Below, one piece after another: positions 8,984-16,004 of a DNA stretch of 64,000 nt. The first letter of the stretch is position 1. Every line of letters begins with the position of its first letter. Source of the stretch: an uncultured Conexibacter sp. Its GTDB lineage: Bacteria; Actinomycetota; Thermoleophilia; Solirubrobacterales; Solirubrobacteraceae. The DNA is taken from NCBI GenBank assembly GCA_964560235.1, contig CAZLKZ010000005.1:16047-80046 (forward strand), in the 5' to 3' direction. Position numbers and translations under genes: made by a program. A model generated the notes under the pieces. It was not told where the DNA came from. It worked only from the letters and a program-made list of their open reading frames with translations, and searched no databases.

Positions 8984-9987
8984 TCCGACGCCTATTCGTG
9001 CTCCCCCTCATCGCCGTCGCCGCACTCGCGACCGGCTGCGGAGAGCGTCAGGAAGACCTTGGGGGCAAGCCAGGCAAGACCGAGAAGCTGACGCTGCTGC
9101 TCGACTGGACCCCGAACGCCGACCACGCGCCGATCTACGCAGCAAAGGCGAGCGGCGCATTCGAGCGCGCCGGCCTCGACGTCGAGATCAAGACCCCCAG
9201 TGACCCGACCGCCGCGCTCAAGCTGGTCGAGAGCGGCAAGGTGGACCTCGCGATCAGCTACCAGCCAGACCTGCTGCTCGCGCGTGACAAGGGCGCGCGA
9301 ATTGCTGCTGTCGCGGCACTTGTACAAAAGCCGCTGACGTCGCTGATGTCACTGGACAAGGACATCAAGAGCGTCAAGGACCTACGCGGCAAGACGGTCG
9401 GCACAGCCGGGATTCCGTACCAGTCGGCCTACCTGAAGGCGATCGTCGCCAAAGCGGGCCTGCCTGCCGGCAGCGTCAAGGAGATCGGGGTCGGCTTCAA
9501 CCTCTCGCAGGCGATGCTGACCAAGAAGGTCGACGCGACGCTGGGCGCATTTTGGAACGTCGAAGGCGTCGAGCTGCGCCGCCGAGGCAAGCACCCCTGG
9601 ATCCTGCCGGTCGACGAAGCGGGGATCCCGGAGTACCAGGAGCTCGTGTTCGTGAGCCAGATGGACGCGCTGCGCGAGAACGGCACGAAGCTGCGGCGGT
9701 TCATGCAGGCGATGTCCGAAGGCACTCGGAGCCTGCAGCAGGACACAGAACCAACGCTCGACGCTCTCCTTGAGGCCGACCGAGGGCTCGACCGCAAGGC
9801 AACCGAAGCCTCGCTGGACGCCACGCTCCCCGTTTTCATGCCGGAGGACTCAGAGTTCCCCTGGGGCTACATGGACACCCGAAAGTGGGAGCGCTACGGC
9901 AAATGGATGCTTCAGAACGGGCTGATCGACACCGAGCCGACCCCGACATCGCTCACCAACGAGTACCTGCCGGGCGCAGGTGTCTAA
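8980..9987 (+). CDS. ABC substrate-binding lipoprotein, NMT1/THI5 (ThiY-like)
   Basis: Lipobox LATG-C; LDWTPNADH, AISYQP motifs. Confidence 0.9.
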   Translation: MIRRLFVLPLIAVAALATGCGERQEDLGGKPGKTEKLTLLLDWTPNADHAPIYAAKASGAFERAGLDVEIKTPSDPTAALKLVESGKVDLAISYQPDLLLARDKGARIAAVAALVQKPLTSLMSLDKDIKSVKDLRGKTVGTAGIPYQSAYLKAIVAKAGLPAGSVKEIGVGFNLSQAMLTKKVDATLGAFWNVEGVELRRRGKHPWILPVDEAGIPEYQELVFVSQMDALRENGTKLRRFMQAMSEGTRSLQQDTEPTLDALLEADRGLDRKATEASLDATLPVFMPEDSEFPWGYMDTRKWERYGKWMLQNGLIDTEPTPTSLTNEYLPGAGV

Positions 9988-10922
9988 GCGGCGAAACGGA
10001 CGCCCGCGCCGCCGCCTGAAGCCTTGACACCGAGGGCATGCAGGCCGGCGAGTCCGGCCCATCCGTCCTGCTCGTAGCGACCGAAGAAGGCCCGGACCTC
10101 GGCCTCATCCGCGCGCGCGCTCGGACCTTGCTCCGGGCGCAGGTACCGGCCGACGAATTTCAGGTAAGCGAGGTCCCCAGCGGGGAGCTGGTCGTAGCGC
10201 TGCTGACCGTGCAGGCCCAGGACGGCGACCGTCCAAGACCCGATGCCTCCGATCGCGCGCAGACGGCGCCATCCGTCCTCCGGCACCGCGTCACCGTCGA
10301 GCACGACCCTTCCGCGAGCGACCTCGCGCGCCGCCCTGACCATCGAGATCGCCCGGGACGGCGCGAGGTCGAGCGCTTCGAGCTCGGCGGGCGCGAGTCC
10401 GGCCACGGTCTCTGCATCGGGCGGAACCCAAAGTGCGTCCGCACCGTCCCACGACCTAATCCGCGTCCCGAACCGGTAGGTGATCTTCCGCTCGATCTGA
10501 GCGGCTCTCACGTACTCGATCAGCTGTTCGCAAATCGCCCAGCAAAGCGCTTCGAACGCAACCGGACGGCCGTTCGGACGCAGGTGCGGCCGGCTGCGCA
10601 CCGACGGGCCGATCAGCGGGTCGCTGCAGTAACGCTCGTAGAACGGGCGCAGGTCTACATCGACACCGAGCGCACGCCGCATCTGAGCGATCGCTGCGCG
10701 GGCCGCGTCGCCGTCACTGGAACGCGCCCCGAAGACGACACGGTCGGCTGAGGGCTGCCCCACCCGGATGGCGACGGCGTGTCCGTTGATCGACAGTCCG
10801 CGCTCAATCACGCCGCCGTCTCGGCGCTTGAGCACGCCATCAAGGCCCCCGCCGCGTGGCAGCTTGAACGTCCAGACTGGACGCGCCTCCTCTCTGACTT
10901 CCTCGGCCCAGCCGCAGGCCAT
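9984..10922 (-). CDS. DNA-3-methyladenine glycosylase, AlkA-like (HhH-GPD)
   Basis: FEALCWAICEQ, HhH LRAIGGIGSWT, DQLPAGDL. Confidence 0.8.
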   Translation of the reverse strand: MACGWAEEVREEARPVWTFKLPRGGGLDGVLKRRDGGVIERGLSINGHAVAIRVGQPSADRVVFGARSSDGDAARAAIAQMRRALGVDVDLRPFYERYCSDPLIGPSVRSRPHLRPNGRPVAFEALCWAICEQLIEYVRAAQIERKITYRFGTRIRSWDGADALWVPPDAETVAGLAPAELEALDLAPSRAISMVRAAREVARGRVVLDGDAVPEDGWRRLRAIGGIGSWTVAVLGLHGQQRYDQLPAGDLAYLKFVGRYLRPEQGPSARADEAEVRAFFGRYEQDGWAGLAGLHALGVKASGGGAGVRFAA

Positions 10923-11293
10923 CAGGGCTTGTCGAGCAGGTGAACGTCGATCTTGAACGAGCGCGTGGCGACGACCTTGGGCTCGGCGACGCGCTTGCGG
11001 AAGAGCCGGCGCGGCGCCCGTGACGAGCTTGTGCGCGCCCGCAGCACAGTCGTGATCGCACCCGCGGCAAAGCTCGAGAGGGCCAGCACGGCGCCACGCT
11101 TGACCTCCGGAGACAGCGCAAGCGCCGCAAATCGGGGCGTGTGCACCACCGCGTGAGAGTCGCTGACGCGCGTGACGACGGGCTCGACGTCAACGTCGAC
11201 GATTTCGACCGCGTCGACCTCCTCGACGAAGGCGACGTGCGTGTCTTCGGTTGCCACGGGCTGATTGTCGCGCATCGGCCCGACGGTGTGCAT
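10922..11293 (-). CDS. Hypothetical protein with one hydrophobic segment
   Basis: 1-nt overlaps with both neighbours; acidic N-terminus, basic C-terminus ending SFKIDVHLL. Confidence 0.7.
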   Translation of the reverse strand: MHTVGPMRDNQPVATEDTHVAFVEEVDAVEIVDVDVEPVVTRVSDSHAVVHTPRFAALALSPEVKRGAVLALSSFAAGAITTVLRARTSSSRAPRRLFRKRVAEPKVVATRSFKIDVHLLDKP

Positions 11294-12465
11294 CAGCTGT
11301 CCGCGGGCTGACCGAGCCGCTGCGGCTCTGCCGCCGGGTCGAGCAGCCGCTCATACATCCGATAGCGCTTGATGATCTTGCCGCCCATCGCTTCCATCCC
11401 GCGGTTCATCGGCTCGTTGGTTTCGAGGATCCAGCCGGTTTCGCCGTAGTGCACGAGCGGGTCTCGCTCACACACGTCGTAGTGCTCCATGTAGAGCGCG
11501 CCGGCGACGCCCGTGTGCTGGTGCTCGGGCTTCACGCCGAGGAACCCGACTCGCACACCGGTGATGTACTTGTTGCGCCTCAGGTACTTCAGCCAGCCAA
11601 ACGGCAGCAGCCGTCCGTTCATGTGCTTGAGCGCCATGTTGATGTCGGGGACGGTGATCGCGATTGCGACCGGCTCGCCATCGATCTCGGCGACCATGAA
11701 CCACGGCTTGGCGTAAACGAGCTGCATCTCGTGGCCGTACTGATCGAGATCCTCTTTGCCGTACGGCACGAAGCCCCAGTTCTTGCTCCACGCCTGGTTG
11801 TAGGTCTCGGCGAACACGTCGAGGTCCTTGCGCAGCCTGCGCCGCGACATCTTGCGGATCTTTACGCCGTGCTCGCTCACGGCCTTCTCGCCAACCTCAA
11901 CGAGCGCGGGCAGGACGTTGCCACGGTCCCCGACATCGAGGTGGTACATGAACAGGTCGACGACCTTCTCCAGGCCCGCCTGCTCCATCAGGCCCTGGTA
12001 GTAGCGCGGGTGCCAGGGCTCACGGATCATCGGCTCGATGTCGTGACCCTCGACCACGATGCCGGACTCGTCGTTGACCGTGAAGTCGGCCGGGCCGACC
12101 ATCCGCTCCATGCCGCGCTCGCGCAGCCAGTCCGATGCGGCGTCGAGCAGGGCACCGGCGATCGCGGGGTCGTCCTCTGCCTCGATGAAGCCGAACCATC
12201 CCCAGCGGGCACCGTGATGGTCGTTGTAGGCGCGATCGATGTGGGCGCTGATGCGGCCGACGACTTCACCGCCGCGGTGCGCGCAGAACAGCTCGTAGTC
12301 CATGCGCTTGGCGTACGTGCCGAAGCGGCGCGAGAGGAACATCCTGCGCTCGACCTTGAGCGGCGGGATCCAAGGCGTACCGGCGTGCAGCCGGTACGGA
12401 AGGTCGATGAACTCTCCAACCTCTCTGAAGGAGCGGGCTGGACGGATCTCGATCGTGTCTGGCAC
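11293..12465 (-). CDS. Tandem-GNAT acyltransferase, YghO/bacterial ceramide synthase (bCerS)-like
   Basis: FIDLPYRL..PWIPPL, FGFIEAED, GPADFTVNDESGIVVEG, PWHPRYY, NWGFVP, PDIN, LLPFGW, LGVKPEHQ, GWILETN. Confidence 0.75.
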   Translation of the reverse strand: MPDTIEIRPARSFREVGEFIDLPYRLHAGTPWIPPLKVERRMFLSRRFGTYAKRMDYELFCAHRGGEVVGRISAHIDRAYNDHHGARWGWFGFIEAEDDPAIAGALLDAASDWLRERGMERMVGPADFTVNDESGIVVEGHDIEPMIREPWHPRYYQGLMEQAGLEKVVDLFMYHLDVGDRGNVLPALVEVGEKAVSEHGVKIRKMSRRRLRKDLDVFAETYNQAWSKNWGFVPYGKEDLDQYGHEMQLVYAKPWFMVAEIDGEPVAIAITVPDINMALKHMNGRLLPFGWLKYLRRNKYITGVRVGFLGVKPEHQHTGVAGALYMEHYDVCERDPLVHYGETGWILETNEPMNRGMEAMGGKIIKRYRMYERLLDPAAEPQRLGQPADS

Positions 12466-12494
12466 CGGTCAAAGCACCCTATACGCTCGGGGAT
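12466..12494. promoter_or_regulatory. Compact bidirectional promoter between the cerS-like and spt-like genes
   Basis: TACGCT seven nt before the + strand ATG; TAGGGT ten nt before the - strand GTG. Confidence 0.5.
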
Positions 12495-13766
12495 ATGACG
12501 GCCGAGGCCCAGTCCGACGTCTTTGAGAAGGCGCGCACGCATGACCGAGTCGAGCTGCTTGCAGCCGCCAAGGAGCACGACCTGCTGCCCTATTTCAGGG
12601 TGATGGAATCGCCTGCGCGACCGGTCGTGACGATGGAGGGCGCCGAGCGGATCATGCTCGGAGGCAACAACTACCTGGGACTCACCGAGGATCCTCGCGT
12701 AATCGCGGGAGCGCGCGACGCTCTCGACCAGTACGGCACTGGAATGACAGGTTCGCGGCTGCTCAACGGCACGCTTGAGCTGCACCTGGAGCTAGAGCGC
12801 GAGATCGCCGAATGGATGGGAACCGACGATGCCTTGGTCTTTACCACGGGCCATCAGGCAAACGTGGGCACGCTCGGGACGATCCTCGCTCCAGGCGACA
12901 CCGTGATCGCGGACTCCGCAGACCACGCTTCGATCCTCGACGGCTGCCTGCTGAGCCGCGCGAAGCTGCGGCCGTTCCGCCACAACCGCCTCGACAAGCT
13001 CGAAAAGCAGCTCGAGCGGGCTCAGGGCGACGGTGGCGGCGTTCTCGTCGTCGTAGACGGCGTGTTCTCGATGGAGGGAGACATTGCCCCTCTGAGGGAG
13101 ATCTCGGCGCTCTGTGAGCGCTACGGCGCCCGGCTGATGGTCGACGAGGCACACGGCGCGGGCGTGCTCGGAGCCAATGGCACCGGCGCCAGCGAACTGC
13201 TCGGGGTCTCAGGCAAGGCCGACCTCCGGATGGGCACGTTCTCCAAGTCGCTCGCATCCTGTGGCGGTTTCGTGGCCGGTCCCGCCGACGTCATCGAGTA
13301 CCTCCGGTTCTCGTCGCGGTCGTTCCTGTTCACGGCATCGGCTGTGCCGGCTGCCACAGGCGCAGCACTCGCCGCCCTACGCATCGTCCGCACGGACGAA
13401 GGCAGGCAGCTGCTCGCCGACGTGCTCGACCGCGCGCGCCGCTGGCGCGACGGCCTCGCCGATCTCGGGCTCGCAGTCGTTGCGCCCCAGGAGCTGCCCG
13501 ACGGCGGAGACATCGTCACCCCGATCGTGCCGGTGCTGGTGGGCGACGACTGGAAGGCAGCATTGCTGTGGCGCGCGCTGTTCGACGCCGGGGTGTTTGT
13601 GAACGTCGCTCTGCACCCCGCCGTGCCGCCTGGCGGTGCTCTGCTGCGCACCAGCGTGATGGCAACACACGACGACCAGACGCTCGACCGCGCCCTCGAC
13701 GTGTTCGCACAGGTCAAGACGACGTTCGAAGCCGAACACGGCCCCCTCCCCACTAGCCACGATTGA
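12495..13766 (+). CDS. spt: PLP-dependent alpha-oxoamine synthase, serine palmitoyltransferase-like
   Basis: LLPYFR, GGNNYLGLT, GSRLLNGT (SPT-type), DHASI, DGVFSMEGD, DEAH, GTFSKS. Confidence 0.75.
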   Translation: MTAEAQSDVFEKARTHDRVELLAAAKEHDLLPYFRVMESPARPVVTMEGAERIMLGGNNYLGLTEDPRVIAGARDALDQYGTGMTGSRLLNGTLELHLELEREIAEWMGTDDALVFTTGHQANVGTLGTILAPGDTVIADSADHASILDGCLLSRAKLRPFRHNRLDKLEKQLERAQGDGGGVLVVVDGVFSMEGDIAPLREISALCERYGARLMVDEAHGAGVLGANGTGASELLGVSGKADLRMGTFSKSLASCGGFVAGPADVIEYLRFSSRSFLFTASAVPAATGAALAALRIVRTDEGRQLLADVLDRARRWRDGLADLGLAVVAPQELPDGGDIVTPIVPVLVGDDWKAALLWRALFDAGVFVNVALHPAVPPGGALLRTSVMATHDDQTLDRALDVFAQVKTTFEAEHGPLPTSHD

Positions 13767-14058
13767 CCCTCCCCAAGCTTGGGGAGATGTTGAGAGCGTG
13801 TGAAAGAAATTCATGCTCTGAGCGCATGTTCTGCGCAGATGCGGTTGCGGTCGCCAGCGGGCTGGCCTAGGTTGCGCCAGGCGCGTAGGACGGCGCTGAC
13901 GGCGGAGAGCCAAGAGGGACCACCCACCCGAACAACCGCGTGAGCGGAAGTTGGGGTGAGCGATCTCTCGCTCGCGATTGCGAGCCCTCTGCTGCACCCC
14001 TCAATTCCCCAATAACCCCCGAGCCGCCTGGTCCCCGGCCAGGACGGAAGGAGAATGT

Positions 14059-14382
14059 ATGTCCGCAACAGCCACGCTGACCCCTGCCAACGATGCCCCG
14101 CAGCACCTGCGCGCACTTGCTCGCGCAAACGAGGTGCGCCTCGCACGCGCTGAGCTCAAGCGCCGTGTCGCAGATGGTGACGTTGCAGTGGCCGACTTGG
14201 TCTTGGATTGCCCGTGGGAAGCGGCTTCGATGCCGATCGCTGAACTGCTGATGAGCCAGCGCCGGTGGGGCGTCAACCGCTGCCGCCGAGTGCTCCAGGC
14301 CATCCCGGTGCCTGAGAACAAGCCGGTCGGCGCGATGACCGACCGCCAGCGTCGCGAGCTCGCGCCGCGGCTCGCCGCCTAG
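14059..14382 (+). CDS. Actinobacterial integration host factor (mIHF/sIHF)-like nucleoid protein
   Basis: RALARANEVRLARAELKRRV...IAELLMS..RWG...KPVGAMTDRQR parallels mIHF (ARAELK...LL..LP.VG...L..RQR); strong SD GGAAGGAG. Confidence 0.7.
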   Translation: MSATATLTPANDAPQHLRALARANEVRLARAELKRRVADGDVAVADLVLDCPWEAASMPIAELLMSQRRWGVNRCRRVLQAIPVPENKPVGAMTDRQRRELAPRLAA

Positions 14383-14441
14383 GGTGAGCCACCCCACGCG
14401 CCGGCACCGGGGGGTCGCCGGCCAGTGGGCCTGAGCTACAG

Positions 14442-14470
14442 CCCACGGTCAATTTGGGGTTGACCGTGGG
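14442..14470. terminator. Bidirectional hairpin between convergent genes
   Basis: Perfect 11-bp inverted repeat CCCACGGTCAA / TTGACCGTGGG. Confidence 0.65.
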
Positions 14471-14476
14471 ACTAGC

Positions 14477-14932
14477 TCACCGGTTGAGAGGTGTGCCGAG
14501 CTCGATCAGGTGCCCGTCTGGGTCACGGAAGTAGATCGAGCTGAACTGCCTGCGGTCGTACAGCTCTGAGACCGCGACGCCGTGGTCCTCGAGGTAGCTG
14601 CGCCAGGCCTGCAGCTCGTCCCGACCGCTCACCAGGAACGCGAAGTGGTGGACGCCTCCGCGCCCCTGCGTTGCTTCCTCCATCGAGGGGTACTCCATGA
14701 ACGAGATCAGCGTGCCGGGTGTGCCAGCAGCGTCACCGAACCAGAAGAGCCGTGCGTCTGGGTCGTCGTCGTTGCGCCCCGCCTCGACGAGCGCCAGCCC
14801 GAGAACGTCGCGGTAGAACTCCGTGGTGCGGTCGAGGTCGCGGACGATCGCTGTGAGGTGGTGGAGGCCTTGGAGACGCATCCTGCGCGGCTCTTCGGCC
14901 GCCGGTGCGGGGCTGATCTCCTGATCGCTCAT
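14477..14932 (-). CDS. VOC/glyoxalase family protein
   Basis: GLHHLT, FYRDVLGL, HHFAF, SIYFRDPDGHLIE. Confidence 0.9.
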   Translation of the reverse strand: MSDQEISPAPAAEEPRRMRLQGLHHLTAIVRDLDRTTEFYRDVLGLALVEAGRNDDDPDARLFWFGDAAGTPGTLISFMEYPSMEEATQGRGGVHHFAFLVSGRDELQAWRSYLEDHGVAVSELYDRRQFSSIYFRDPDGHLIELGTPLNR

Positions 14933-15351
14933 ACCCTGAAGCCTATGCCGCCGCTGCGACGCTTGAAGAGCTCGCGCAGTTGCCAGAACGCAAAGCCGAA
15001 GACCGCGAGCAGCGCGATCGGGGCTACCTGCTTGGGAATGAGGGCCCATTCGTGCCAAAGCACCCAGCAGATCCCTGCCACCGCGACAGACGGGATGCCG
15101 CTCAGGATCAGTGTGTGAGAGCGGTACCCGGCGAGGTGCTCACGGAGGGCGAGTTCGGCCGACGAGAGCGCGATGAGCGCGAAGCCGCCCCCGACAAGCG
15201 CGACCTGCCGGTCACCCGATCCCCAGACGATCCCCACGATCGCGAGCACGATGCCGATCAGGTTGACCAGCTCTGTCAGCGGGAAAGGGTGCCAAGGCGG
15301 CTTGGGCGCCTCCTCGGGGTCGGACTTGATGCTCGGGCGGTCGCCAGCCAT
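14929..15351 (-). CDS. Membrane protein (4 TM)
   Basis: Hydrophobic helices; PPWHPFPLTE and ELALREHLAGYRSH; ATGA overlap with the VOC gene. Confidence 0.75.
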   Translation of the reverse strand: MAGDRPSIKSDPEEAPKPPWHPFPLTELVNLIGIVLAIVGIVWGSGDRQVALVGGGFALIALSSAELALREHLAGYRSHTLILSGIPSVAVAGICWVLWHEWALIPKQVAPIALLAVFGFAFWQLRELFKRRSGGIGFRV

Positions 15352-15362
15352 CTGCAGGGATG

Positions 15363-16004
15363 CTAGAGGCCGCCAAGCATGCGTCGAAGCTGCGCGCGCA
15401 GCTGCCGGGCGTCGACCGAGCCGATGATCGTGCCCGCAACACGCCCACCGCGACGCACGACGGTGATTTGCGGACACAGTTCGATTCCGAAGCTGGCGGC
15501 CAGCGCACCGTCACGGTCAAAGGCCAAAGGAGTGTTCCACCGCCGTGCCTGCTTCCTCCACTCATCGCGGTCACCCCGCACAGCAACCGCCAGCGCATTC
15601 ACCGGCCCCCCGGCTGTGAGCACGCTGTCGAGTACGTCGAGCTGGCGTTCGCAGCGGTCTCGCGAGGTGATGAAGAGGATCGCGGCGGGCTTGCGCCGCA
15701 CGAGGTCGCAGCTATTGACAATCCCCGGACCGCGGACTGAGCAGGCAGCGACCGCCCCTGCCTCGCCGGAGTCTGCTCGGCGGGCCAGGTTCACGTCGCC
15801 GTCGATGTCCGAAGCAGCCAGAGGTGCGGCGAACGGCGGGATTACCGAGCCGACCTTGAGGCCGCGTGCTGCATCCCCCGCCCCGCCTGTCATCAGCAGC
15901 AGCGGCACTGCGATGACGCCGACCACGACGACAAGCCCGAGGAGCCACGTCCAGGACGCGCGCTGAGGCGCCTCTGACTCCTGCGGCTCAGGATGCTCGG
16001 TCAT
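15363..16004 (-). CDS. Membrane-anchored thioredoxin-like (TlpA/redoxin fold) protein without canonical CxxC
   Basis: N-terminal TM; GLKVGSVIPPF, FDRDGALAASFGIELCPQITVV (cis-Pro loop). Confidence 0.65.
   Translation of the reverse strand: MTEHPEPQESEAPQRASWTWLLGLVVVVGVIAVPLLLMTGGAGDAARGLKVGSVIPPFAAPLAASDIDGDVNLARRADSGEAGAVAACSVRGPGIVNSCDLVRRKPAAILFITSRDRCERQLDVLDSVLTAGGPVNALAVAVRGDRDEWRKQARRWNTPLAFDRDGALAASFGIELCPQITVVRRGGRVAGTIIGSVDARQLRAQLRRMLGGL

Noticed and set aside
12495-13766. bioF or kbl assignment
   Set aside because: The GSRLLNGT motif and the bCerS-like neighbour fit SPT better; no bio or tdh genes are adjacent
13890-14045. Possible c-di-AMP (ydaO) riboswitch because of GGGACCA...TTGGGGTGA
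   Set aside because: The CCGAAUCC and CCCGUCAGCUAAC core elements are not evident; kept only as an unassigned structured leader
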